Part shown: in pieces, positions 21,002-32,213 of the stretch
Layout: every line of letters begins with the position of its first letter
How positions within the stretch are numbered: position 1 is the first letter of the stretch
Assembly: GCA_000004985.1 (NCBI GenBank)
Contig: GG738889.1
Reading direction: 5' to 3' (one strand)
Length of the DNA stretch: 64,000 nucleotides
DNA from: Naegleria gruberi
Taxonomy: Eukaryota
Notes under the pieces: model-generated
Seen by the model: only the letters and a program-made list of their open reading frames with translations
What the model was told of the DNA's origin: nothing
Database searches by the model: none
Made by a program: the position numbers and the translations under genes

Positions 21002-22048
21002 TTAACAATTGACTTTTGACTTGTAAGATAAAACAACACTTCTATGACACTTAATATGATTAAATGCTTCTTCAGGTGTAAGATTATGAAACTTGATGAG
21101 ATAGCTAATTGCAAAGGAGGTACTTCTACAAATGCCCATATTACAATTAATTAAAACTTTACCATTCTTCTCAAATGCACTTCTCAAAAATTGATTTGCC
21201 TTTTCAAACAATAATTGAGAAACAGAATGGTCAATTGCACCACCATCTGTTCCAAGTTTCAAATACTTGTACTTTTTTTCATTGTTGACCAATAATTCTT
21301 CCAAATTATTATCAACTTCTTCGGCAACATTCAAAATGAAGGTTATTCCGTTGTCGGTGAGTTCCTTATCAGTGTTTGCATTCTCTCTATTGCCAATAAA
21401 TAGAAAATTCTCAATGATTTCAGTTGGATAGAGACCTTGATGACCAATTACATCTTTAAAAGTAACAACATGACTGTACTTTCGAATTTAGGATTGGAAA
21501 CTCCTCAGAATGTAAACATTTTCAACTAATCCTTCCATTTTCAACAATTCTGCAAGTAGTAAAACAGGATACTTTGCAATATCATTCAATTCAATACTGT
21601 CATTGATTCTAATAGGTGATTCAATTAAATTTCCACAATTAGCAAATTGAACATTCTCAACTGAGTTATGAATATCACTGAATTTCAAGTCAGTAACTTC
21701 CTCGCCACCATATAAAAGTACATTCTTATAACCAATACCTCTCAAGGTCCATCCAGGTACATTCTTATATAATTCATTCAAAACCAAAGAGATTTCATCT
21801 GAACTTTCTGAATGCTGAAGCAAATTGGTCAACTTGGTTTTACTGGAAGATAAAAACTCATGACCTACAGTATTCATTGAAGGATGATAATCATCTTCAA
21901 TAGCAGGTGTTGAATAACTTGCTCTGACATGACAAGTGTCATAATCAGCTCTTGAACGAACATCCATGATGATTTTTGCACTGGCAACATCTAGAGTTTT
22001 GTTGTAGAAATGCGTTTGATTGATGAGGAAGATATTTGTTGTTGACAT
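21002..22048 (-). CDS. MAP-kinase-phosphatase-like protein: N-terminal rhodanese domain + C-terminal dual-specificity phosphatase domain; 2 exons
   Basis: ATG at 22048..22046. The upstream exon 21502..22048 carries a rhodanese-like region (IIMDVRSRADYDTCHVRASY). Intron 21454..21501 (48 nt) has a weak donor, GTTTCC..ttaaag, phase 1. The downstream exon 21002..21453 gives NVIGHQGLYPTEIIENFLFIGN...VLINCNMGICRSTSFAISYLI with the CX5R active site. This is the only in-frame join, because the upstream ORF otherwise ends at a TAA at 21488. Confidence 0.6.
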
Positions 22049-22439
22049 TTTTGTTTTTTTGAATTATTGAGTATAGTCATGTAAATCCAAGTTTTAAAAA
22101 TGATTTTCGTAACGTAGCTACTAGGAACTGTGGAGACTTGTAATTATCCTAAATAATTTGTTGATTTGTGATATTGGTAGTATTATTATATTAGTAGTAA
22201 AGAGTAAGGTGGAACAATGAACAACTCTTGACAATTAACCATTCAGGAAAATACGGTTCAGAATATTAAGGTTGTTCCTAGTTCACTAATCAAATAATTT
22301 TAAGTTTTGAGTTATGTTCTGAAATATCTGGATACTAAGAAACAACTTTTTCAAATAGTTGTGTTTCGTCTCTTTCAATTTGGTGGTCAATCATACTTTG
22401 CTCCATAGAAAATAAGTTTCGAATAAAATAAATTAAAAA

Positions 22440-23522
22440 ATGGGTCAAAAATCAACCAGCCAAAGAGGACAAATTTCACAACTCTATAAAAAAGGTCAAC
22501 CAACGAAAATTTCCGATATTTCTAATGATGTGCTCTATGGTGTAATATTTTCATTCTTGGATTTTCGAGAGTTGATTGGAACCTTTCGTTTAGTTTGCAA
22601 ACAGTGGAATAAATGGAATGAAGAAATTATAACAGTTTCGAATTATGAAATAAGATTTGTAGGAAGAAAGGAAAGAATTAAAAGTTTCGAATTGTGCCTC
22701 GTAAATGGACATTTGAATAATCTCAGGAAATTAACATTGACTCATTTGCAAGATTCGTCCATTTTGGAAGAAATTTCACACTTACAAAGCAAATCCTTGT
22801 TGACATTTCTAGATTTGCAGAATAATGTAATTGGAGGAGCTAGTGGAGCTACATTAATTTCGAATAGTGTTTGGCTTTCGAATTTGGAAGAATTAACAAT
22901 GAATGGATGCAAAATTGGAGATTTGGGAATGATTGAGATTGTAAAAAGTGAAAATATGAAAAATTTGACATCTCTCAATGTGAGAGAGAATATTATAGGA
23001 AATAATGGTTTCGTTTCCCTATTAACATCAAATAATTTATCCAAGTTGACCATGTTAAATTTAGGAAAGAACATTATTGATGGAAAATCATTGTTGAGCT
23101 TTACAATTCCAAATACGAATGTGCTCAACAACTTGAAAGTTCTCATTCTCGATGAAAATAACTTGTTTAATGATTTTGCTAAAATTCTCTTGACGAAATG
23201 TCAGTTTACTCAATTGGAGGTTTTGGATCTTTCACAAACGCAGATCAGTAATGATTGTATTGAGAAAGGACTTTGTATCTCACCTCATTTCAACACTCTA
23301 ACACAATTGAACTTGAATTCCAACTTATTGAGCGAACCAGCTGTCAGATCATTAATTTACTGTAAATATTTGAATAATTTAGAAATGCTTCATTGTATGA
23401 ATTTGAAATCAATTGATAGAAAATTGAAAGAGCAGTTATTGGAAAGATTTACATTGGTTGATGTGTCGCTTAAAGATGGTGAGGCTGTTTCCTCTTTGCT
23501 TGGAACTGGGACTATTGAATGA
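22440..23522 (+). CDS. F-box-like / leucine-rich-repeat (RNI-type) protein
   Basis: ATG at 22440. The N-terminus ISDISNDVLYGVIFSFLDFRELIGTFRLVCKQWNKW is F-box-like. It is followed by repeated LxxLxLxxNxI LRR units, for example LTSLNVRENIIGNNGFVSLLTSNNLSKLTMLNLGKNIIDG. Confidence 0.65.
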   Translation: MGQKSTSQRGQISQLYKKGQPTKISDISNDVLYGVIFSFLDFRELIGTFRLVCKQWNKWNEEIITVSNYEIRFVGRKERIKSFELCLVNGHLNNLRKLTLTHLQDSSILEEISHLQSKSLLTFLDLQNNVIGGASGATLISNSVWLSNLEELTMNGCKIGDLGMIEIVKSENMKNLTSLNVRENIIGNNGFVSLLTSNNLSKLTMLNLGKNIIDGKSLLSFTIPNTNVLNNLKVLILDENNLFNDFAKILLTKCQFTQLEVLDLSQTQISNDCIEKGLCISPHFNTLTQLNLNSNLLSEPAVRSLIYCKYLNNLEMLHCMNLKSIDRKLKEQLLERFTLVDVSLKDGEAVSSLLGTGTIE

Positions 23523-23684
23523 ATTGACTGATTTACATCAGAAATATTGTTGATAACGAATTATCATTAATTATTAACCTGCTTCTGTGGCCTATAGGCA
23601 AAGCTGCAAAAGTATTGCTAGACATTTTAAATATATTGTGAAAGCTTGGACAGAGAAAGATCTATAAAGTTATTAAAAATTAAA

Positions 23685-24964
23685 CTAATTTACTATTACT
23701 GTACAATGAATCTTTCCTCCATCACCAATATTTCCTCTTCCTCCCAATCCAGTGGATTTCACAGCAAAGTTCAATAGTAAATTGGTTGCACCTGGAGCGC
23801 AAAATCCAGCCATACCATCTATAATTATTGATCTATTCAATTGAGTCCAAGTAATATTAAGCTTCATGGCTCCACTTGTCCAATTTCCTGAAGTGGAAAC
23901 AAGTGGGCTATAATTTGAAATTTCTCCATTATTAAATTCATTCACATTGAATTCAAAAGTATTATCGTAACCATCTGTGAGAGGAAGATAAGCTTCACCA
24001 CGAATACCAGGCAAACGGTTCCAAATACAGGTTGTTACAACCAGTCTCACTCTCTTCACATTAACTGAACCATAGGTTGGTGATTGTAAGCTTGTGGATG
24101 CATATGGCATACTATAACTTGTGTACATGGATTGATTCAATGGTTGTACTGATGATCCGTACATGGATTGATTCATTTGAGGAGGAGGTTGTTGGTTAAA
24201 TGTTGTTGGAGTCATTGGTTGTGGAGTTGGCATTGGAGTGGAAGGTGTCGAATAACCTGGCACATTCTGATTGAATTGATTTACCATTGAATTATTGTTA
24301 TCATTACTTGGAGCAGTTGGTTCATTTCTTCCGAAAATACTTCCACCTTCTTCCAATTCCTTAACTCGTTTTGATATCTTTTCATTTTCTTCTTTAAGCT
24401 TTTGATTTTCACTTGTTAGAGAATTAACTTTTGTTTCCAAATCTTCCAATGCCTTAACAACCATAGGGTTTGCAAATATGCAATCATGAGACAAGTGTTC
24501 ATCCATCAATTTTGATAATCCAAACCATCCACAACCAAATTTCCCCATCTTACAAGCACACTTTCTTCCTGTACAAAACTGATCCAAATGCTTCTTCAAA
24601 TCACCTCTCGGAATTTTCTTCAAATCACAATCAGCACCATTAGGACATTCAACCTCTAAAGAATTTGCAATCAATTCCGCATGATAATTATGAATAAAAC
24701 TGCTAAAATCCTGCTTATCATTACATTGAACAGGGGATGCACTACAATGTGGACAATCTTTATATAATTAATTAATTATAAATAATTTTAATGTCGTTAA
24801 ATTATTATTATATGTGATCAAAACTTACTGTTATGTCCTTTAAGCCATTTATGTATACAATCATAACAGAACAATTTATGACACGATTTACATTCTCTGT
24901 TATCCAACACAATCTCGGAACAAATCAAACATTCATAAAATTCGAGGGAAACACTGTTGAGCAT
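23685..24964 (-). CDS. TRAF-like protein: RING finger + TRAF-type zinc fingers + coiled coil + Q/P/N-rich region; 2 exons
   Basis: Exon 1 (24829..24964; ATG at 24964..24962) encodes a C3HC4 RING start, MLNSVSLEFYECLICSEIVLDNRECKSCHKLFCYDCIHKWLKGHN. Intron 24758..24828 (GTAAGT..tataaag, phase 1) follows. Exon 2 (23685..24757) continues the RING with CPHC, then TRAF zinc fingers (CPNGADCDLKKIPRGDLKKHLDQFCTGRKCACKMGKFGCGWFG...HLSHDC) and a coiled coil. Confidence 0.7.
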
Positions 24965-25124
24965 TTTTTTTGAGTTTTTTCGTGTTTTTTTTATAATTGA
25001 TTTCTAAATGGATGTGAATTCTTGAATCAATGATGGATGGAGTGTTTCACATGAAGAATTGACAAGATTGATGCAACACAAGGAAGGAATTTAATTATAT
25101 GCATGTTTTTTTTGGAGAGAGGGC

Positions 25125-25833
25125 CTAAGCATATTGGTAATAACCATTCATTTCTATCATTTTCGTCTCTTCTTCATTAGAGTGCTTGTTGTATCGAATT
25201 GTTTGAGCTATTAAGATGGTAACAAGTCCAACCATAGAAATGCACAGCACTGAAACCACTATTGCAAGAATAGTGATTGCTATATCTTGACCTTGGTCAC
25301 TGGATATATGGACTGAATCACTTGGTTTTGGATGATAGTTGGTTCTGGTCTTGGAGGAGTTGGAGTTGGAGGAGTAAGAACTTTGGCAACAATCAACAAG
25401 TCATACCTTTCAATTAGAATAGTTTCTGAACATTTAAGAGTGATAATTGTTCCATTCTTAATGTCCTTAATTCCATAAATAACTCTATCAGATAGAATGT
25501 AGACACATTGAAGTGATGAAATGTCAGATATCGTATTTCCATTCATGTCTCTCAACTGATCAGTGAATGTGAAAGTTCTATCTGTAAGAATGTCAGATTT
25601 AACTGTTTGTACAATGGAAAAACCTTTAACCTTTTGAAAACCTTCCAACAGAGTTGAATCATGATTTCTTTATNNNNNNNNNNNNNNNNNNNNNNNNNNN
25701 NNNNNNNNNNNNNNNNNNNNNNNTTGTCATTACCTCTCCTCTCACAGCATGCATGATGCAGTGAATTGTTAAGAGTGCCAATGAGCACCACTACACGTTT
25801 AAGGATGCCCACTGCTATTGAAAATAACAACAA
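25125..25833 (-). CDS. predicted type I membrane protein (signal peptide, Thr/Pro stalk, one TM, short tail), broken by a scaffold gap and a probable frameshift
   Basis: ATG at 25833..25831 gives MLLFSIAVGILKRVVVLIGTLNN (signal-peptide-like), then the N gap 25674-25723. The main ORF 25280-25648 ends ...TPPTPTPPRPEPTIIQNQVIQSIYPVTKVKI*. The +2 frame stays open across that stop and encodes QDIAITILAIVVSVLCISMVGLVTILIAQTIRYNKHSNEEETKMIEMNGYYQYA* (TM plus tail), with a stop at 25127..25125. Confidence 0.4.
25674..25723. other. assembly gap (50 N)
   Basis: Run of N. Confidence 1.
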
Positions 25834-25936
25834 TAGGAGTTTGAATAATGATCGTTACAAGATGGAAGAATGTGTTATTATACTTTCATTCTTTGAAAGC
25901 AAGGAATTCAGTTTATTACAATATTATACACTAACT

Positions 25937-27830
25937 TTACAATTTTGCATTCTTTTCAACAAATTCCTTAACGTGTTCTCTTGGAGTGAAATAGAGTGGA
26001 TTTTTCTTCGAGTCAATATACAGCAATGACTGATCGAAAGAAGTTGGAGGAAGAACTTCTGGATTTTCATGAGATAATTTGAAATGTCTGACAGCATTAA
26101 TAATACCAAAGTAGAGTTCAGTACTTGCAATACGTGATCCTGGACATTTACGAGCTCCAACTCCAAATCTAAGTATTGTAAACATTCAAATGGTCAATTA
26201 GGATGAAATTTTGCAAAAAAACTTACGGAATGGAAACAAAATTATTGACAGGTGCCAAAGGAGATCCCTTTTCATGACGTTCTGGAATGAATTCTTCACC
26301 ACGTGGAACATATTCATCCTTCATTGTGGCCCATCTTTGCATGGCAATGATAATTGTATCTTTTGGAACTGTATATCCACCAATTTCTGTATCTTGGCTC
26401 AATTGTCTTCCCATAGTGAGATAGGAGAAGGAATTTAATCTCAAAACTTCTTCAACAAAGTTTTTAGTGAGCTTGAGCTTTTTGTAATGTTCCTTTGCTA
26501 TTACAAGTCCATTTTCTGAAGTCATTTCTTCAATGGTTGGTTCACCGAAAATTTCAACACTTTCCTTATAAATCTTTTCCTGATATTCTGGATGGTGAGC
26601 AAGTCTGTACAAGCAGTGACCTTTACAATTGGTCAATTGGGACATGAGTTGTGAAAAACTTACATAAAATTCTTACTGTAATATCAATGCCAGCTTGTAA
26701 AAAGTTAATCATGACACTTTCAATTCTGGCATTTGCTTGATCTTGATCTTTAGCTCTATTTTCCAATAATTCCAATAATCTTTCCTTTTCGGATGGATTA
26801 GTTTTGAATCTCTGAATGCAATATCTTGCAAATTCGTATGATTTATCATAATATGTTTCAAATTCCTTAAATTCCTTGGTTTTGTAAAGTCTGTAGAATG
26901 GTGGTTTGTGATCCAACATGATTGCCATATCGAGAACAGAAACTGAATATTTCACAAAGTCACGAATTTCAAATGGAAGAGATTTTGCAATGTCATCAGT
27001 CATTTTCACACCCTATTTCATTAAATTACACAATTTCATTAAATTTCAATCGGTCAACTAGAAAAACTTACAAGGAAAACCTTCAAAACAGCATCAAAAG
27101 CATATCTTGAAGTAGTGTCAACAGTATTAAGCAATTGATACTTGTCACTTTGAGGAACATGTTTCATATTAGCAACAAGTCTTCTCAAAAATTCACCATT
27201 CAATTCAGTCAACTGTGGAATTGTAATATTTTCTTGGAATTCAGGTCTCATGGCAATATTAAACAATTGACGAATTGAATTCCAATCTTCATCAAGTCTC
27301 AACTCAACTGGAGAAAGTACCAAACCTCTTGGTTCTTTATAATATCTAGTACTTTCCAATAACTTTCTTCTATCTTCCTTTTTAAACAATTCAGATAACA
27401 CATATGGATTAGCAATAATCAACATGTTAGTTCCAAACACAGTCAACTTGACTAAATCTCCATATGTATCACACAGGGAAAGAAAATACCCAGAAGGATT
27501 GAATGCATTCTTCTTAATGTCAATTAAATTGCCGATCAGTGGCCATGGCTTTGGTCCAGGAACTTGATTCCAAGGTTTGATTTCCTTTATAGTATTGGCA
27601 ACGTTTTGATGATAGGGACAACCAGCTGTTTGATTTGTTGAATTGTCAGTTTCGACTGTTTGTGCAAGTGTCGAATTTTCCTTGTTATTCGATGTGAAAT
27701 GTCTTGTTTGAGTGGTGGCAGATGAGATCAATGATTGTGAATTTTTAATAACTGCATTACTACTACTACGTAATAATAAACAACATGTGTTTGAGGTGGA
27801 AGTTGTTCTTGTCAAGAGTTTGGAAAACAT
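25937..27830 (-). CDS. cytochrome P450 monooxygenase with N-terminal presequence-like extension; 4 exons
   Basis: ATG at 27830..27828. Exons are 27072..27830, 26664..27012, 26227..26620 and 25937..26168. Introns are 27013..27071 (GTAAGT), 26621..26663 (GTAAGT, 43 nt) and 26169..26226 (GTAAGT). Intron 2 was chosen because it restores canonical I-helix spacing, AGIDIT-VRILCHC-LYRLAHHPEYQ, matching AGxDTT-x7-LYxLAxxPE. P450 motifs are PGPKPWPLIGNL, ExxR and the heme loop SIP|FGVGARKCPGSRIASTEL split by intron 3. The N-terminal 60 aa are S/T/R-rich (MFSKLLTRTTSTSNTCCLLLRSSSNAV...). Confidence 0.8.
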
Positions 27831-28484
27831 TTTTTTTTTAGTAGGAAATTAGAGACGGACGGGGAATATATGTGTGATATTATTTGAGATAGTAGATGGA
27901 ATGTGATGATGATGCGATTAGAGCGAAGAGGAGGAAGAGGAAATGCGATACGTCTTTGCACAAGTTACAAAATAGTTGTAAAGTTTCGGATATCAGTTTC
28001 AGAATTTTCAAAGATCAATTATGAAAGTTACTTCAAACTGATTGCACACTTTCAATTATTGTATACTACTTGGGTGTAAATGGGTGGTTAGGGTAAATAG
28101 TTTCATTATTCTTTAGTTGCTTTCCTTGTGAAATTCTGAGTCACTAACTTTTCACAAATACGAGGAAGAGTTTTTTCGAACTTTTTGAATAGATGTGTGG
28201 AAAGAAGGTTTACTTTCGAATTATACGAATTTTTAGTTCTTCATCTGGTGTTATTCGTGCAGTTTCTTCTGTAGCTGGTGTTGGAAAGGTTTCGTTTAGT
28301 TTGATTTTGGTCTTGTTTGTTATTTGGCTTGTCATTGTGATGTTTTAAACAATTAAAGATGAAAATTAAGAAATATTAGAACTTGTTTTTGTAATATATC
28401 TCTCAATTAGGACATTATAATATTATTCTATCCGAATCATCACAAGATTCTAATAATAACAACAGATATTATTAAAAAAATTAC

Positions 28485-29828
28485 ATGATTAAAGCTTCTT
28501 TGAAACAGTTAATATTCAAAGCAACAAAACCTCATCATCTATTAATCAATATTTTTCATCATCCGAAAGTAAACTATTCTTTAAACTATTCTAAAATGTC
28601 TTCCGAACAAACTTCCGAATTGAAAAAGTCCATCGAGAAAATTAACGAAGAAATTTTGAAAATTGAAAAAGACTACCAAGAACAAGGTGATTCGAATAAA
28701 GTCAAACTAGTCTCTGAATTATCTGAAAGTTATGTGAACAGAGCTACCTTTCACATTGCATTAGAAGATTTCAAAAGTGGAATGGACGACTTAACACAAG
28801 CTGTTTTATTCAATCCTGGTAATTCTCAAGCTTGGTTAATGAGAGCTTTGATGAATTTTGAAAAATTTGGAAATTTACAAAAATCCTTGGAAGATTACAA
28901 TAAGGGAATTGAATTGGATTCAACAAATGTTGTTGCACTCAATAATAGATGTAAAATTTATTTGGAATTGAAAGAGTTTGATAAGGTTTTGAAGGATTCA
29001 TCTCTTGTTATTGATTTGTTGAAATTGGAGGGAGAATTGGGAGCTACTGTTGAGAATGGTCAATTGGCATATGATCCAAATGAAATGTTCATCAAGGCAC
29101 ATATGAATAGAGTTATTGCATTGATGGGAAAGGGTGAATTTGAAAAGGGATTGAGTGATTTGAGTGAATTAATTAAGAGAATTCCAAAGGATAAATTACC
29201 AAAGGAATTGGCAAATGTTTATGTGTATAGAGGATCTCTGTATGAACAATTATCTCAACCAGAGAAGGCCCTTGATGATTTTAATAATGCCATCAAGATT
29301 GATGCATCAAATGGAGATGCATGGAGTTCCAGAGCTTTTAGTTATATTGAAAAGGAGGAATATGGAAAAGCAGTGAATGATTTTTCAAAGCTAATTGAAA
29401 TTGATCCAACCAATGAGTCAAGTTATAGAAAGAGAGGAAATGTTTACATGGTTATGGAAAAATTCGAAGAAGCATTGAAAGATATCAATAAGAGTATTGA
29501 ACTCACTTCATCCGATGAGAAGCTCAAGTCAGCCCTTGAAGAATCACTCAAAGTAAGAGGTGCCATCTATCAAAATCTTGGAGAATTCTCAAAAGCTATT
29601 GAAGATTTCCAAAGAGCCATCGAACTCGAACCAAACAATTATGATGTCCTGATTAGCATTGGAAATTTATATTTGAATGAGGAAAATTTCAATCAAGCTC
29701 TTGAATACTATGAAAAAGCTCAAACTTTGCAACCATCTGAAGAATTATCCAAATTAATTGAAAAGATTAAGAGTGGAGAGCTCAACCAAGAACAACCCAA
29801 TTCTGGCTCAAATTGCATCATTAATTAA
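28485..29828 (+). CDS. tetratricopeptide-repeat (TPR) protein
   Basis: ATG at 28485, with an alternative ATG at 28596 (MSSEQTSEL). There are about 10 TPR units, for example AWLMRALMNFEKFGNLQKSLEDYNKGIELDSTN and AWSSRAFSYIEKEEYGKAVNDFSKLIEIDPTN. Confidence 0.75.
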   Translation: MIKASLKQLIFKATKPHHLLINIFHHPKVNYSLNYSKMSSEQTSELKKSIEKINEEILKIEKDYQEQGDSNKVKLVSELSESYVNRATFHIALEDFKSGMDDLTQAVLFNPGNSQAWLMRALMNFEKFGNLQKSLEDYNKGIELDSTNVVALNNRCKIYLELKEFDKVLKDSSLVIDLLKLEGELGATVENGQLAYDPNEMFIKAHMNRVIALMGKGEFEKGLSDLSELIKRIPKDKLPKELANVYVYRGSLYEQLSQPEKALDDFNNAIKIDASNGDAWSSRAFSYIEKEEYGKAVNDFSKLIEIDPTNESSYRKRGNVYMVMEKFEEALKDINKSIELTSSDEKLKSALEESLKVRGAIYQNLGEFSKAIEDFQRAIELEPNNYDVLISIGNLYLNEENFNQALEYYEKAQTLQPSEELSKLIEKIKSGELNQEQPNSGSNCIIN

Positions 29829-29987
29829 CACAAAATGAGATGAAACTCTATAAGAATCTCCACAATTTCCATATTCTCACCATGTAAATAAACAAATTTT
29901 TCCATCATTTTCTTATCTAGATTACAATAATGCAAACAACATTACTTCGGATAAATCGCATAATTAAAGATTCTTCATCAGAAAAAA

Positions 29988-31331
29988 ATGTTTAAATTGC
30001 TTCCTACTGTTTCCATCACACGATTCTCTTCCAATCATCATCAACAAACAGGTTGTGTTTTAAAGAAGGGAATTTTCGGAACACTAAATTCATCATTAAT
30101 TGGAGGAAGAAATTACTCTTCAATAATTCATGAAACGAAGGAGGAAATAATCAAGCCTTTTGCTTTACCATTCTCTGTTCTGACAAAGGCTCATCCATCA
30201 TCATTGGTATCCTTCGAGAATAATATTAAACACATGAGAGGAATTAATTTGTTTTCCGATGAGAATCATAATGCCTTCACTGAGGTAATTGCTCAGGCTG
30301 GTCATCATCCAGAAAAGTTGGTAAATCATTTGCAAGTTAATAGACAAGCTCATCCATTGATTTATCCATTTAATCATTCAGAGAGAAATAATGGAAGATT
30401 GGTTGTTTGTTTATTGGGTTGGTTGGGATCGAATTGGAAACATGTTGACAAGTTTGTGAATTGGTATGATTATTGTAATATTGAAACTTTGAGTACAATT
30501 CCACCAATTTTGTCAACCATTTCACCATCTCATACTCAGACAGTTTGTGAGGAATTTGTCAGACAAATGGAAGAAAAGATTCTGAATCATGAAATGGCTG
30601 ATAATACCACAATTATTTTCCATGTTTTTAGTGGAAATGGAATTCACATGTTTTCCAGATTGTTAGAAAATGAAAAATTTGTGGATAAATTCCTTCCAAG
30701 AACGAAGGGATTTGTCGTTGATTCTGCACCACCAATGTATAATTATGAAAGATTTACCGAGGGATTTGTTGGAGCCATAAAAACAGCAATGGGATCTCGA
30801 ATGGATAGAAACAAATCTAGAAAAGAAAATGCACCATCCTCCACCGATCAGAAACTCAAAATACTCAAAGAAGAACAAGCTAAAAGCAGAGAATTTTACA
30901 AACACTGGTTATTGACACCAGTTGTCTCCTCATTTTTCAAACTCTATTTCAATATGGGAGCTCGAGAACGATTTGAAAGATTGGAACAAACTCTAGTCAA
31001 CCACACCAAATCCATTCCAAAATTATTTATTTACAGTCATGGAGATGTTCTCATTCCTCATAGTGATATTGATTTTTATCTTTCTAAACATTTTGTTGAG
31101 GAACGTTTAGAAAGATTGGCTTATCAACAAGAAAAAGGTCAATCAGGTCCTGAACATGTTTCAGATAAGGAATTTGATGAATGGATCAAGACACACCACC
31201 AATCAGAAACTCAATTTTTACTTGATGAACTCGTTTTCCATGATTCTGATCATGTTTACCATTTTAAGGAACATCCAAGAGAATATAGTGAAAGAGTTTT
31301 GCGTTTCATTCATTTGAGTTCAAAGAAATAA
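29988..31331 (+). CDS. TMEM53/DUF829-family alpha/beta-hydrolase-fold protein
   Basis: ATG at 29988. Conserved blocks are RLVVCLLGWLGSNWKHVDKFVNWY (compare TMEM53 [23 protein letters not shown]), IIFHVFSGNG, VDSAPP and LFIYSHGDVLI. Confidence 0.65.
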   Translation: MFKLLPTVSITRFSSNHHQQTGCVLKKGIFGTLNSSLIGGRNYSSIIHETKEEIIKPFALPFSVLTKAHPSSLVSFENNIKHMRGINLFSDENHNAFTEVIAQAGHHPEKLVNHLQVNRQAHPLIYPFNHSERNNGRLVVCLLGWLGSNWKHVDKFVNWYDYCNIETLSTIPPILSTISPSHTQTVCEEFVRQMEEKILNHEMADNTTIIFHVFSGNGIHMFSRLLENEKFVDKFLPRTKGFVVDSAPPMYNYERFTEGFVGAIKTAMGSRMDRNKSRKENAPSSTDQKLKILKEEQAKSREFYKHWLLTPVVSSFFKLYFNMGARERFERLEQTLVNHTKSIPKLFIYSHGDVLIPHSDIDFYLSKHFVEERLERLAYQQEKGQSGPEHVSDKEFDEWIKTHHQSETQFLLDELVFHDSDHVYHFKEHPREYSERVLRFIHLSSKK

Positions 31332-31512
31332 ATCATTTTCAACTTCTCAATATTATTCAGCTGACTATCTTGGTATTAAATATTGAATATTAAATATTAT
31401 TGTAAAAAAATAAGACAAATCATTACAGTTTTCCATTTCCATGCATTCCACAAAAATGGCGCGAAAAGTAAATGTGGCTCACCTTTCGTTAATAATACAA
31501 CAAGAATAAAAA

Positions 31513-32104
31513 ATGAGCAACATTGACGATTTGAGTGATGATGATATTGATGTATGTATTTTAGGTTGAAAATCTTGTTGGATTATAACCACATAATATT
31601 ATATATTTGTTTGTATTATTCATCATGTTGTGCTTTTTTGATCTATTTGGATTAATAATAATTTATAATATTAATAATATCGGATGAAATTTAATTGGTA
31701 ACGATGAATGTTTTTGCAATTTAATGATGAATCATAATTTATTAATATAGGTACCAACAACAGAAGTCCAAAAGCCAGCCGGTATTGGTTCTCTCTCTGG
31801 TCTTGGATTAGCCCTCTCGCAAACAGGAAAGACTCAAAAGGATAAAACTGAAAAGGAACTCTTGGGTGAAGAAGTCACCATCATTTTCCAACTCGAATCA
31901 AAGGGTGAATCTAAGAAGCACGTTGTCAACATGGGTCGTCCAGTAGAATGGCTCAAGTTACTCGTTGAAAGAGAATACGGAATTAGCTTTGACTCCCAAA
32001 AAATGTTTGTTGGATCTAAGGAGTTGGCCAACTTTTTCAGTTTGGAAGATATCAAGGAAATTATTCCAAAGGCCGAAAATGTTATTATTGTAAAGGAATT
32101 GTAA
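31513..32104 (+). CDS. small acidic protein, about 131 aa, 2 exons, unknown function
   Basis: Exon 1 (31513..31551) is MSNIDDLSDDDID. Intron 31552..31750 (GTATGT...atatag, 199 nt). Exon 2 (31751..32104) is VPTTEVQKPAGIG...EEVTIIFQLESKGESKKHVVNMGRPVEWLKLLVEREYGISFDSQKMFVGSKEL.... The C-terminal half may adopt a ubiquitin-like fold (weak). Confidence 0.4.
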
Positions 32105-32213
32105 AGAAAATGTATTTATAAATTAAGATATTTACTTCTCACTTGTAAGTGGTTTATAATATTTAGAATATTAGATAACAAATGCATTTGGTAAGCCAGA
32201 AATGGAATTTCTC

